From an uncultured SAR86 cluster bacterium (lineage in GTDB: Bacteria; Pseudomonadota; Gammaproteobacteria; Magnimaribacterales; D2472), in contig CACECK010000001.1 of assembly GCA_902557965.1 (NCBI GenBank), positions 90,348 through 154,347 on the forward strand: a DNA stretch of 64,000 bases, given 5' to 3'. The notes beneath the pieces are model-generated. The model ran no database searches. It was given only the letters and a program-made list of their open reading frames with translations, and had not been told where the DNA came from. Shown here piece after piece: positions 9,675-19,530 of this stretch; position 1 is the first letter of the stretch, and each line of letters starts with the position of its first letter. The position numbers and the translations under genes are program-made.

Positions 9675-11663
9675 TTGCATCAGTCTGATTCTATAAATGC
9701 TCTTAGATTTTTGTCAGCAGATGCTGTACAAAAAGCAAATTCTGGACATCCTGGAATGCCTATGGGGATGGCTGAAATTGCATATGCTTTATGGAGTAAG
9801 CACCTTAACCATAACCCATTAAATCCAACCTGGTTTAATAGGGACAGGTTTGTGCTTTCAAACGGCCATGGCTCAATGCTTTTATATAGCTTACTGCATT
9901 TAACCGGTTACGATCTTTCAATTCAGGATATAAAGGATTTCAGAAAATTAAAATCAAAAACACCTGGTCATCCTGAGTATGATATAGATACAGGTATTGA
10001 AACGACCACTGGTCCCTTGGGACAGGGTATTGCTAATGCAGTTGGTATGGCAATTTCGGAAAAGATTTTAGCAGCAGAATTTAATAAAGAGGATATTCAA
10101 CCTATCAATCACTATACCTATGCATTTTTAGGAGATGGATGTTTGATGGAAGGTATTTCTCATGAAGCTTGCTCATTTGCTGGAACGCATAAACTTGGCA
10201 AACTAATATGTTTCTATGATCAAAACGGTATTTCAATTGATGGAGAGATAGAAAATTGGTTCACAGATGATTCTGTCAATAGATTTGAAAGTTATGGTTG
10301 GCAAACAATATCAGTAGATGGCCACAATGTTGATGAAATTGATCAGGCAATAGTAAAAGCAAAAGAAGAGTCCACCAAGCCATCTATGATATTTTGCAAA
10401 ACAACAATTGGCTTTGGCTCACCCAATAAATCAGGTACAGCTGATGTTCATGGAGCTGCTTTAGGAGAAGAAGAGCTTGAAAAAACAAGGGAAGCTCTTG
10501 GTTGGAAATACTCATCGTTTGAAGTACCTCAAGAAGTATATGAATTCTGGGACTCAAAAGAATCAGGAGCTAATATAAATTCAGAATGGGATAGTTTAAT
10601 TAAAAAATACGAAGAAGATTATCTTAATGAGTCACAAGAACTACATCGAAGAATAAACGGAGACCTACCAATAGATTTTCAACAAAGATTTATAGATTTT
10701 CTTGATGATTGCAATTCAAATAATTCTTCTATGGCAACAAGGAAGGCCTCTAAAGCATGCTTAGATTTTTTTGTTAAGGAAATGCCTGAGCTTATAGGTG
10801 GCTCTGCTGATCTTACTCCATCAAACAACACTTTTTCTGCTTCAAGCTCAACATTCTCTAACGATAACCCCTCTGGTAATCATATTAACTATGGAGTTAG
10901 AGAGTTTGGCATGTCAGCAATAATGAATGGCATGGTTCTTCATGGAGGAATCAAACCCTATGGAGCAACCTTCTTAGTTTTTACTGATTATGCAAGAAAT
11001 GCAGTCAGGTTATCTGCATTGATGGGATTGCCAAATATATTTGTTTATACACATGATTCAATTGCGCTTGGCGAGGATGGACCAACCCATCAACCAATTG
11101 AACATATGGTTACCTTAAGATCTACTCCTAATTTAAACAGTTGGAGGCCAGCTGACTTAGTTGAGACTGCTATAGCTTGGAAAAATGCTGTAAGTTCTAA
11201 AACAACACCGACTTGTCTAATCTTTAGCAGACAGGGAACCTCAGCCTTAAATCGAAAACCTGAACAACTCTCTTCTATTGAAATGGGTGGCTATCTACTT
11301 GAAGAAAATAAAAATCCAGACATAACCATAGTTGCATCTGGTAGTGAGGTTCAGCTTGCTTTAGATGCAGCAAATGAATTATCAAATGAATCAATTGAAG
11401 CAAATGTTGTATCAATGCCTTCTTTAGATATTTTTTTAAAACAGAGCAGTGAATTTCAGGATAAAGTTATCAATCCCAATAAGCCAGTTCTAGTAGTTGA
11501 GTGTGCTCATCCAAATTCTTGGTACAAAATATTAAATAGAAGCGATAAAGTAATTGGAATTGAATCATTTGGTGAGTCTGCACCAGGAGGCGAATTGCTT
11601 GATCATTTTGGGTTTAATAAAGAAAATGTAATCAAGACAGCAAAATCATTAATCAATGATTAA
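9675..11663 (+). CDS. tkt: transketolase (TTG start)
   Basis: SGHPGMPMG, GHGSMLLY and the ThDP motif GDGCLMEGISHEA. SD-like AAGGGGA lies 8 nt upstream of the TTG. Confidence 0.95.
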   Translation: MHQSDSINALRFLSADAVQKANSGHPGMPMGMAEIAYALWSKHLNHNPLNPTWFNRDRFVLSNGHGSMLLYSLLHLTGYDLSIQDIKDFRKLKSKTPGHPEYDIDTGIETTTGPLGQGIANAVGMAISEKILAAEFNKEDIQPINHYTYAFLGDGCLMEGISHEACSFAGTHKLGKLICFYDQNGISIDGEIENWFTDDSVNRFESYGWQTISVDGHNVDEIDQAIVKAKEESTKPSMIFCKTTIGFGSPNKSGTADVHGAALGEEELEKTREALGWKYSSFEVPQEVYEFWDSKESGANINSEWDSLIKKYEEDYLNESQELHRRINGDLPIDFQQRFIDFLDDCNSNNSSMATRKASKACLDFFVKEMPELIGGSADLTPSNNTFSASSSTFSNDNPSGNHINYGVREFGMSAIMNGMVLHGGIKPYGATFLVFTDYARNAVRLSALMGLPNIFVYTHDSIALGEDGPTHQPIEHMVTLRSTPNLNSWRPADLVETAIAWKNAVSSKTTPTCLIFSRQGTSALNRKPEQLSSIEMGGYLLEENKNPDITIVASGSEVQLALDAANELSNESIEANVVSMPSLDIFLKQSSEFQDKVINPNKPVLVVECAHPNSWYKILNRSDKVIGIESFGESAPGGELLDHFGFNKENVIKTAKSLIND

Positions 11664-12810
11664 TCTATCATCTATTGATGTAACAAATAAAAATCTTGTT
11701 ATAAGAGTTGATATGAATGTACCCTTGAAAAATGGAAATATTCTTGATGCAACAAGGATAGAAGCATGCTTGCCAACAATTGATTACGCACTAAAAAATA
11801 ATGCAAATATTTTATTAATTAGTCATCTCGGAAGACCAACCGAAGGAAATTTTGAAGAAAAATTTTCTTTAATGCCTGTTGCTAATCACTTGTCTAAAAT
11901 AATTAAAAAATCTTGTGAATTAATTGATACTCCTAATTCAGACACTATTTTTAACAGCAACTGTCAGGTTCAGCTACTAGAAAACATCAGATTTTTTCAT
12001 GGCGAAAAAACAAACTCTGATGAGCTTGGATATCAGTTAGCTAATCTTGGAGATGTATATGTATTTGATGCTTTTGGAACAGCACATAGGGAACAAGCTT
12101 CTACACATTCAGCCATTAAACAATCAAAAGTAGCTTGTGCGGGACTCTTGCTTGAAAAAGAAAATAATTTTCTTGGTAAAGTTCTTGATAATTATGAAAA
12201 CCCGTACTTGGCTGTAATTGGAGGAGCAAAAGTATCTACAAAACTTGAACTAATAAAACATATCAACAATGTAGCAGAGAATATAATTGTTGGTGGCGGG
12301 ATAGCCAATACTTTCATATGTGCAGCAGGTTATCAGGTTGGAAAGTCTCTTATTGAAGATTCTATGATTGATTTTGCTAAAGAAATTCTTAATGAAGGTA
12401 AAATTTTACTACCTAAAAAAGTTATAACTTCAGATAGCTTTGAAGGCAGCAACGTTAAAGAAAAATCTATTGCAGATATTGAAGATCATGAGATGATTTT
12501 AGATCTCAAAATAGAAAATGAAACACATACAATCATAAATTCTGCAAAAACAATTCTTTGGAATGGTCCTATGGGTGTTTTTGAAAATGAACTATTTGAA
12601 GATGGTACCAAAACACTTTCTCAAGCAATATCAAACTCAAGTGCATTCTCTATTGCTGGGGGCGGAGAAACATTATCCGCTATTAATAAATATATTAATT
12701 TAGATGATGTATCATACTGTTCAACAGGCGGAGGAGCTTTTTTAGAGTTCATGGAAGGAAAAATACTTCCATCTATCAAGGCATTAAATGCTAAAAATAC
12801 GGAGGAATAA
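11656..12810 (+). CDS. pgk: phosphoglycerate kinase
   Basis: RVDMNVP, SHLGRP, GGGETLSA and STGGGAFLEF. 8-nt overlap with tkt. Confidence 0.95.
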   Translation: MINLSSIDVTNKNLVIRVDMNVPLKNGNILDATRIEACLPTIDYALKNNANILLISHLGRPTEGNFEEKFSLMPVANHLSKIIKKSCELIDTPNSDTIFNSNCQVQLLENIRFFHGEKTNSDELGYQLANLGDVYVFDAFGTAHREQASTHSAIKQSKVACAGLLLEKENNFLGKVLDNYENPYLAVIGGAKVSTKLELIKHINNVAENIIVGGGIANTFICAAGYQVGKSLIEDSMIDFAKEILNEGKILLPKKVITSDSFEGSNVKEKSIADIEDHEMILDLKIENETHTIINSAKTILWNGPMGVFENELFEDGTKTLSQAISNSSAFSIAGGGETLSAINKYINLDDVSYCSTGGGAFLEFMEGKILPSIKALNAKNTEE

Positions 12811-12813
12811 ATT

Positions 12814-13821
12814 ATGACATTAGAAGAAATAGCAACATTTATTGTTGCAGACGGTAAAGGTATTTTGGCAGCTGACGAAAGCAATCCAACATGTGGAAAA
12901 AGATTTGATTCTATTGGGGTTGAATCCACAGAAGAAAATAGACGAGATTATAGAGAAATGCTTTTTAGGTCAAAAGGTATGAAAGGAAATATTGGCGGAG
13001 TAATCTTATTTGATGAAACAATTAGACAATCTGCTGCTGATGGAACTTTATTAAGAGAAATAATTTTAAAACAGGGAGCATTACCTGGCATAAAAGTTGA
13101 TAAAGGATTGCAGCCAATAGAAAATTTTCCTGGCGAGACTGTTACCGTTGGTCTTGATGGTCTTGATGAAAGGCTTAAAGAATATGCAGAAATGGGAGCA
13201 AAATTTACAAAGTGGCGTGCAGTAATTAATATTGGTGATGGAATTCCTTCTGATGAGTGCATTCATGCAAATATGGATTCTCTTGCACAATATGCAAAGT
13301 GCGCCCAGGAAAATGGCATGGTTCCAATTGTTGAGCCAGAGGTTTTAATGGATGGCGAACATTCCATCGATGCTTGTTACGATGCTTCTGAACGATCACT
13401 AAAATCTTTATTTGAACACCTAGAAAAATATCAAGTAAATATTAAGGGAACCATATTAAAACCAAACATGGTTACTTCTGGTTCTAACCACAATATTCAA
13501 GCCAGCATAAATGAGGTGGCTACTAGAACTATTGATTGTCTTGTTAAAAATGTTCCATCAGAGTTGCCGGGTGTTGCATTTCTTTCTGGTGGCCAGTCAG
13601 ATGTGCTAGCAACAGCTCATTTAGATGCAATGAATAAAATAGGCGGGTTTAGCTGGAAATTAAGTTTTTCATATGGTCGAGCTTTACAGGCAGCAGCTCT
13701 TAAAGCATGGGAAGGGAAAGTAGAAAATATTTTTATATCACAAGATGAACTTTCTCATAGAGCAGAAATGAATAAATTAGCATCCCTAGGTGAATGGGAT
13801 GAAAAGCTTGAAGATAGATAA
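12814..13821 (+). CDS. fba: fructose-bisphosphate aldolase, class I
   Basis: ILAADES, GIKVDKG and the Schiff-base Lys region ILKPNMV. Length and overall pattern match class I (eukaryote-like) aldolase. Confidence 0.9.
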   Translation: MTLEEIATFIVADGKGILAADESNPTCGKRFDSIGVESTEENRRDYREMLFRSKGMKGNIGGVILFDETIRQSAADGTLLREIILKQGALPGIKVDKGLQPIENFPGETVTVGLDGLDERLKEYAEMGAKFTKWRAVINIGDGIPSDECIHANMDSLAQYAKCAQENGMVPIVEPEVLMDGEHSIDACYDASERSLKSLFEHLEKYQVNIKGTILKPNMVTSGSNHNIQASINEVATRTIDCLVKNVPSELPGVAFLSGGQSDVLATAHLDAMNKIGGFSWKLSFSYGRALQAAALKAWEGKVENIFISQDELSHRAEMNKLASLGEWDEKLEDR

Positions 13822-13823
13822 AC

Positions 13824-14261
13824 TTGTTAGCCACTGTTCAAAGAGTATCTGAGGCTGAAGTAATAATTAATGAAGCTAAATATTCCTCTATCAAAGATGG
13901 AGTATTAATTTTTGTTTGTATTGAAGAAAAAGATATTTCTGAAACAACTAAAAAAATGGCTGATAAGATATTCAATTTCAAAATGTTAGATGGACCTAAT
14001 GGCATAACTTCAGCTTCTCTAAAAAACTTGGAAGAAGAAGTTTTGATAATAAGTCAGTTCACTTTGGCTGCAATAACAAACAAGGGAAATAAACCAAGCT
14101 TCCATAAAGCAGCAAAGCCAAATGATGCAAAATTATTGTATGATAAATTTGTAGCAGAATTTAAAAAGCTTTCTAGTAAGGTTTCTGAAGGGAAATTCGG
14201 AGCTTTTATGGAAGTATCTATGATCAATAAGGGACCAGTCACATTTAACTTTAATATTTAG
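13824..14261 (+). CDS. dtd: D-aminoacyl-tRNA deacylase (TTG start)
   Basis: VQRV near the N-terminus, then SQFTLAA, NKPSF and GKFGAFMEVSMINKGPVTF. Confidence 0.85.
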   Translation: MLATVQRVSEAEVIINEAKYSSIKDGVLIFVCIEEKDISETTKKMADKIFNFKMLDGPNGITSASLKNLEEEVLIISQFTLAAITNKGNKPSFHKAAKPNDAKLLYDKFVAEFKKLSSKVSEGKFGAFMEVSMINKGPVTFNFNI

Positions 14262-14267
14262 ATAATT

Positions 14268-14849
14268 ATGAAAAACATATCAATATTTTGTGGAGCGCAT
14301 GAAGGAAATAACCCAAAGTATGGTGAAGAGGCAAAGAAAGTTGCTGAAAGCATAGCCAAGAAAGGAATTAATGTTGTTTTTGGTGGTGGTAATGTCGGCC
14401 TTATGAAAATTATTTCTGACACTGCTCTTGATAATGGTGTTGAAGTATTGGGTATTTCTTTAAAGTCATTACATGCTCTAGAATTAGCCAACCCTCGACT
14501 GAAAGAAATAGTAGTTGCAGACACGCTGCTTGATAGAAAAGATGAATTTATGTCTAGGTCAGACGCATTTATTGTACTTCCAGGAGGAGTAGGCTCTCTC
14601 GATGAGCTGGCTGAAATCATGGCTAGTAATCAGCTAGGCATCATTAATAAACCTGTTGGCATTTTGAATACCGAAGGATACTACGATCACTTATTAAGTT
14701 GGTTTAATAAGGCGGTTGATGAGGGCTTTATATCTCCAGCAAACCTTAAAGAGTTGCTTGTATCTGATTCACCCCAAGAGTTGGTTGAGATGGTAGTAAA
14801 TCATATCAGACCTTCAGATGATGACTGGACTAATAGGTTGGGACTATAG
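14268..14849 (+). CDS. LOG-family nucleotide 5'-monophosphate nucleosidase (TIGR00730-like)
   Basis: GGGNVGLM and PGGVGSLDEL, which correspond to the GGGxxGLM and PGGxGTxxE LOG signatures. Confidence 0.85.
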   Translation: MKNISIFCGAHEGNNPKYGEEAKKVAESIAKKGINVVFGGGNVGLMKIISDTALDNGVEVLGISLKSLHALELANPRLKEIVVADTLLDRKDEFMSRSDAFIVLPGGVGSLDELAEIMASNQLGIINKPVGILNTEGYYDHLLSWFNKAVDEGFISPANLKELLVSDSPQELVEMVVNHIRPSDDDWTNRLGL

Positions 14850-14852
14850 ACC

Positions 14853-15449
14853 TTGTCTTTGGAAGAGGCACGTGTAATTGTTGTTGTATATACAGCCGTT
14901 TTACTCCCTTTAATTATATATTTCTTTAATAAATCTAAAATACCAAGCTGGGTACCAAGTTTTTACATTATTGCAGTTATTGTTTGTGCTTTAGGATGGG
15001 AAATATGGTTTACATTTGGCTGGCTAGATGGCGATCCCGTTGATATAAGAAGAAGTGCGGCTCTTAATACTTGGCTTCCTAAAAATATAAATTGGTTGAT
15101 GAACTCTATGGGAGATGCTGGAGCAGTTCTTTTGGGAGGATTTTGGTTGATGTGGTTAACTCACAATAAAGATAACTCAGTATTCTTAGAATGGAAATGG
15201 AGTGCTTTTATAGTCTTGCTTGCATGGTGCATAGGCCAAAATATTTTAGTAGAAATGTTTCTATATCATGACCAACTTGCAGAGGGAAAGCCTCTATCTT
15301 GGGCTCCCCTATCCCCGCTAGGACCATACTTTAATCCAATTTTATTTGAATTTAATAATAGAACAATAATGCTTCAATCTCAGATGCCATGGCTAATCCT
15401 ACCTTGGTTTTTTTATATGACTTTGATTAACTTAAACAAATCTTCCTAA
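14853..15449 (+). CDS. hypothetical Trp-rich polytopic membrane protein
   Basis: About 5 hydrophobic helices by eye and many Trp (GWEIWFTFGW, FWLMWL, EWKWSAF). Non-ATG (TTG) start 3 nt after the LOG stop. No family recognised. Confidence 0.45.
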   Translation: MSLEEARVIVVVYTAVLLPLIIYFFNKSKIPSWVPSFYIIAVIVCALGWEIWFTFGWLDGDPVDIRRSAALNTWLPKNINWLMNSMGDAGAVLLGGFWLMWLTHNKDNSVFLEWKWSAFIVLLAWCIGQNILVEMFLYHDQLAEGKPLSWAPLSPLGPYFNPILFEFNNRTIMLQSQMPWLILPWFFYMTLINLNKSS

Positions 15450-15698
15450 CCATTTATATAGATAGTACGAAAGAAAAAACTGCCCCACATAAAAAGTAAT
15501 AACTATAAAGCCAACAAACCCATTAGACATAAGTACTTCAAGAAGAGCTAAAACATTTTCAAGTATCATTAATTCTTGCAATGGCTTAAATAAAATACCT
15601 AACAAAATTAGTGGAACTATCGACATGAGCAAAAGATAGCCCAACATCGCATATCCCCAAAATACAAATCTAAAAATACTGACTATCAACTTTTTCAT
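15432..15698 (-). CDS. hypothetical small membrane protein (88 aa) coupled to tatC
   Basis: Three hydrophobic segments. Its ATG overlaps the tatC stop (ATGA at 15695-15698). No family recognised. Confidence 0.45.
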   Translation of the reverse strand: MKKLIVSIFRFVFWGYAMLGYLLLMSIVPLILLGILFKPLQELMILENVLALLEVLMSNGFVGFIVITFYVGQFFLSYYLYKWLGRFV

Positions 15699-16399
15699 TT
15701 TTTATTACTTGAAAAAAGAATACCAATCTCAAAAAGCAACCACATAGGAACTGCTAAGAATAATTGAGAAAATATATCTGGAGGAGTTAATAACATCCCT
15801 ATAACTAAGAATAAGATAATTAGGTAAGGCCGTGCACTTTTTAAAGATTCTTTGGTAGCTAACCCACTTTTAACAATTATTACAGTAGCTATAGGAATCT
15901 CGAAAGCTATTCCGAAAGCAAAAAGTAACTTAAAAATAAAACTTAGGTATTGATTTATGTCTGTCATGACCTGAATATTTTCTGGAGCCATTCCAATAAA
16001 AAATTTAAAGATTATTGGACAAACAATAAAAAATGCAAAACTTACCCCACAAAAAAATAAAATTATTGTTGAGAGCATTAATGGAGCAGTAAGCTTTTTT
16101 TCTCTCTTGTATAAACCTGGCGAAACAAACATCCATATTTGATAAAAGAGCCATGGCATTGAAAGAAGTAAAGCAACATACAGGACCAACTTTATTGGTG
16201 CCATAAATGGAGATGCAACCTCGGTTGCAATCATAGTTGATCCATCTGGCAACAAATCCATTAGCGGCGATGCTATAAATGTATATACCTCTGAGGCAAA
16301 TGGTATTCCTACAATAGACAGAACTACAAATAAACCAAATACCTTTAGCAATCTAGATCTTAGTTCTATGAGATGATTTAAAATCGAGTCTTTAATCAT
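15695..16399 (-). CDS. tatC: twin-arginine translocase subunit TatC
   Basis: Six-TM pattern and N-terminal HLIELRSRLL motif. Lies in tatA-tatB-tatC order. Confidence 0.9.
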   Translation of the reverse strand: MIKDSILNHLIELRSRLLKVFGLFVVLSIVGIPFASEVYTFIASPLMDLLPDGSTMIATEVASPFMAPIKLVLYVALLLSMPWLFYQIWMFVSPGLYKREKKLTAPLMLSTIILFFCGVSFAFFIVCPIIFKFFIGMAPENIQVMTDINQYLSFIFKLLFAFGIAFEIPIATVIIVKSGLATKESLKSARPYLIILFLVIGMLLTPPDIFSQLFLAVPMWLLFEIGILFSSNKK

Positions 16400-16637
16400 T
16401 ATTTGACGTTTTATCTTGCTCTAGCTCGTCCATTCTAAGTTCATTAAAGACATCTTTTTTAATCTCATCAGTTCCAATATCATCTTCTATATCTTTTTTA
16501 AAGTTACTGAATTTAGTTTCTAATTTTTTATATAGCTTTAGAATATTTTTGAACAATTCCGGAAGACGTTTAGGACCAATGATAATGATACCTATTAGAA
16601 AAATGATTAGAATTTCAAGAAAGCCAATTTGAAACAA
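16392..16637 (-). CDS. tatB: twin-arginine translocase subunit TatB
   Basis: MFQIGFLEILIIFLIGIIIIGPKRLPE matches the TatA/B N-terminal TM helix plus hinge. Position between tatA and tatC. Confidence 0.8.
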   Translation of the reverse strand: MFQIGFLEILIIFLIGIIIIGPKRLPELFKNILKLYKKLETKFSNFKKDIEDDIGTDEIKKDVFNELRMDELEQDKTSNND

Positions 16638-16639
16638 TT

Positions 16640-16807
16640 TTATTCTTCTTTTTCTTTTGAGTCTTCTTCTTTCACTGCCTTCTTAAAGCCTTTAATGCTA
16701 GATCCCAGATCAGACCCAATTGACTTTAATTTACCACTTCCAAAGATTAGCAAAACAACAACTAAGATAATTAGTAATTGCCAAATACTTATTCCACCAA
16801 AGCCCAT
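16640..16807 (-). CDS. tatA: twin-arginine translocase subunit TatA (55 aa)
   Basis: Hand translation: [55 protein letters not shown]. Canonical TatA. Too short for the ORF track, which instead lists an antisense ORF at 16629-16838. Confidence 0.85.
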   Translation of the reverse strand: MGFGGISIWQLLIILVVVLLIFGSGKLKSIGSDLGSSIKGFKKAVKEEDSKEKEE

Positions 16808-16818
16808 ATTTACTCCTA

Positions 16819-18294
16819 TTAAACTATTAAAACAATAGCTAAGATTATTATACCAACAGCTAACGCTTTGATGAGGTATTTCTGACCTGTTAGCCTATCT
16901 TCTAGTTCTTTAATTTTTTGATTATTTATGTTTTTATTTTTAGAGTAGCCCCTTATTTCTTCTAGAGCCTCAAAAACTACAGTTGGAACTTCAGAAGCTT
17001 TTAGTAAGATATCTTCTTTGTTTTCTATTATAAAATCTTTAAGTTTTAAAGGGCTAAATTGCTCCATCAGCCAATTATCTAAATATGGTTCAGCAATCCC
17101 CCAGAAATCTAGTTCAGGATATATTTGTCGACCCATACCCTCAATATGTATCAATGTTTTTTGCAGTAAAACTAGAGAGGTTTGAAGTGAAAGTCCATAT
17201 TGTCTAGTACTCTGAAACAGATAAAGGAGTAGCTTACCAAATTCAATCTCAGATAGAGGCTTTTCAAATATTGGTTCACAACAAGCCCTCAATGTATTTT
17301 CTAGCTCAATATTGTTTGTATCAGCATTCACCCACCCTGAAGTAATGAAGAGATTTGCAAGTGATTTATAATTTTGCTTCAAGACAGCCTGCAGCATCCT
17401 TGCAAGAATATATCTTTCGTCATTTGATAATGATCCGGTTATCGCGCAATCGATTGCAATATAACCTGGCTCGTTAGGATTTTCTTTAGATACAAAAATA
17501 TTACCTGGATGCATGTCAGCGTGGAAAAAATTATCTCTAAAGACTTGATTTAAAAAAATCATTACTCCATTTTCTGCTAAGTCTTTTTTGTTAATGCCAT
17601 ACTTCTCTATTTGTTCCATATCTGTGCATGGAATGCCGTCTATTTTCTCTAAAACCATTACATTTGAAGTTGTCAGATCCCAGTAAACCTCTGGTATGTA
17701 GAGCTCTTTGGAGTTTAGAAAGTTTTTTCTAGTTAGATTCGTATTAGATGCTTCAAGCTTAAGATCAAGTTCTTTTAAGATAGTTGTTTCATAATCTCTT
17801 ATGACCTCGTTAGGCTTGAGTCTATAACTTTCTTTGAAGACATACGAAAATATTTTTGCTGCGGACTTGAGCAATCTAAGATTCTTTCTAACATCTCTCT
17901 CAATGTTAGGCCTTAGAACTTTAATAACAACCTCTTCTCCAGTTTTTAATTTTGCTGAATGAACTTGTGCTAACGATGCTGCAGCAAGAGGCCTTTCGTC
18001 AAAGACCGCAAATATATTTTCAATAGAATCCCCCAATTCTTTTTCAACAATCTGCTTAAAAGTTTCAACGCTAAAGGGTTTACAGCTATCAGTTAAACTC
18101 TCAAGTTCTTTGGCTGTTTGATAATCTAATATATCTGTTCTTGTAGACAAGAGCTGACCAAATTTGGTAAATATTGGACCCAGCGATTCAAGATAAATAG
18201 CTAATTTTTGTCCATTGGTATTAAAAAATATGCCTTTTTGTATACCAATAAAAAACATTTTTATTAATTCAAATGTGACTATAAGCAAGTTCAT
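16819..18294 (-). CDS. ubiB: ubiquinone biosynthesis protein kinase-like UbiB
   Basis: [26 protein letters not shown] and [11 protein letters not shown], with a C-terminal TM segment. Lies in ubiE-ubiJ-ubiB-tatABC order, as in E. coli. Confidence 0.9.
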   Translation of the reverse strand: MNLLIVTFELIKMFFIGIQKGIFFNTNGQKLAIYLESLGPIFTKFGQLLSTRTDILDYQTAKELESLTDSCKPFSVETFKQIVEKELGDSIENIFAVFDERPLAAASLAQVHSAKLKTGEEVVIKVLRPNIERDVRKNLRLLKSAAKIFSYVFKESYRLKPNEVIRDYETTILKELDLKLEASNTNLTRKNFLNSKELYIPEVYWDLTTSNVMVLEKIDGIPCTDMEQIEKYGINKKDLAENGVMIFLNQVFRDNFFHADMHPGNIFVSKENPNEPGYIAIDCAITGSLSNDERYILARMLQAVLKQNYKSLANLFITSGWVNADTNNIELENTLRACCEPIFEKPLSEIEFGKLLLYLFQSTRQYGLSLQTSLVLLQKTLIHIEGMGRQIYPELDFWGIAEPYLDNWLMEQFSPLKLKDFIIENKEDILLKASEVPTVVFEALEEIRGYSKNKNINNQKIKELEDRLTGQKYLIKALAVGIIILAIVLIV

Positions 18295-18815
18295 AAATTA
18301 CTGTAAGCCTCCAATCTGTCAATTCTTATAGAAATATCTCTAAGCTTTTTTCTAATATTTCTATATTGGCTGTCCGCATATACTTCTTCAGTATTAAAGA
18401 TTTTATTTAATACAGTATATGTAAAAAGCGCTGGAATATTTCCAAAGTACTTATCTATCAAATATATGAAATCAATATTTGACTTTATTATCGCGTTAAA
18501 GAAAACGATTGCTAATTCTGTATCTCCATCAATTAAATTTTTTTTCAATTTCCCAGAAGAGAATGTTTGAATAATATCCATCATAGAAGCATTAATATTA
18601 AATTGGGACGGAAAAATTTCTGAAAAAGAGATGCTTGAGTTTTTATTATTTATATAAAAATACAACTTTTTATGCCCTTTAACATGAGCTGAAAAGGCAA
18701 TGGGTGAAACCTCATTAAGAGTATTTTTTAGGTTAGGGGATGACTCTTGAATATCACTTAGTAACTTAATTAAAGCTTTATTGAGGTTAATCATTATATC
18801 CAATATGAATTGCAA
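18291..18815 (-). CDS. ubiJ: SCP2-domain ubiquinone accessory factor UbiJ
   Basis: Position between ubiE and ubiB (the E. coli yigP/ubiJ slot), size, and a C-terminal amphipathic helix. Sequence resemblance alone is weak. Confidence 0.6.
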   Translation of the reverse strand: MQFILDIMINLNKALIKLLSDIQESSPNLKNTLNEVSPIAFSAHVKGHKKLYFYINNKNSSISFSEIFPSQFNINASMMDIIQTFSSGKLKKNLIDGDTELAIVFFNAIIKSNIDFIYLIDKYFGNIPALFTYTVLNKIFNTEEVYADSQYRNIRKKLRDISIRIDRLEAYSNL

Positions 18816-19527
18816 CTATACCATTTAGAAGATTGAAGAATTTACAATTACTTAGACCTGAGGTTAGCATCATATTCTTAAGCTTATCTTGATCTGGATG
18901 CATTCTTATGGATTCAGCCAAGTATTGATAACTATCAGAATCATTAGCCAATAAAGAGCCAAGCTTTGGAAGAATATTAAATGAGTACCAGTCATAAATT
19001 TTAGAAAAAACAGGATTTATTGGTTTAGAAAACTCCAGCACTAATAGTTTTCCATTTTTTTTTAGACATCTTTTCATTTCCTTTAGACCCCTTTCCTTAT
19101 TAGTAAAGTTCCTTAGACCAAAACCAACAGTGATTACATCAAATGTATTATCCTTAAAGGGAAGTTCTTCACCGCTTAATTGGCAAAAATGACAATTTCT
19201 ACTAAAACTTTCATCTATTGCTCTATTTCTTCCCTCATCCAACATTTCATAATTTATGTCACTCATAAATATATTTGTGTTCGGGTATTCTTTTGAGATT
19301 AATTTTGAAATGTCGCCTGTCCCGCTGGCAATATCTAAAATAAAATCTTCCTCACCAATTGATGCAAGTTCAACTAGTATTTTTTTCCATAGTCTATGCA
19401 TGCCAAAAGACATTGCATCATTCATAACATCATAGTTTTTTGCAACTGAGGTAAATACATCACCGACGAATTTCTTTTTATCTAATTCATCCACCTCTTG
19501 ATATCCAAAATGAGTTTTTTTATTCAT
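18787..19527 (-). CDS. ubiE: demethylmenaquinone/ubiquinone C-methyltransferase UbiE
   Basis: THFGYQEV N-terminus, SAM motif LDIASGTGD, and FGLRN. Confidence 0.9.
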   Translation of the reverse strand: MNKKTHFGYQEVDELDKKKFVGDVFTSVAKNYDVMNDAMSFGMHRLWKKILVELASIGEEDFILDIASGTGDISKLISKEYPNTNIFMSDINYEMLDEGRNRAIDESFSRNCHFCQLSGEELPFKDNTFDVITVGFGLRNFTNKERGLKEMKRCLKKNGKLLVLEFSKPINPVFSKIYDWYSFNILPKLGSLLANDSDSYQYLAESIRMHPDQDKLKNMMLTSGLSNCKFFNLLNGIVAIHIGYND

Positions 19528-19530
19528 TTG

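Noticed and set aside
12621-13290. Minus-strand ORFs (12621-12929, 12948-13262, 13081-13290) opposite pgk and fba
   Set aside because: They are antisense shadows of highly conserved glycolytic genes with no recognisable motifs. The same reasoning rejects 767-1033, 1496-1720, 7927-8124, 8451-8636, 9103-9300, 14054-14242, 14258-14620, 23066-23338, 24958-25221, 27395-27598, 27769-28062, 29017-29277, 31254-31634, 35425-35682, 38484-38750, 44754-44975, 48505-48711, 50293-50592, 53517-53741, 55862-56080, 59253-59441, 59450-59821, 60031-60225, 61093-61332, 61918-62106 and 62164-62394.
16629-16838. 69-aa plus-strand ORF in the tatB-ubiB gap
   Set aside because: The opposite strand encodes a textbook TatA ([28 protein letters not shown]...), which explains the region. 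The plus-strand ORF is its shadow.
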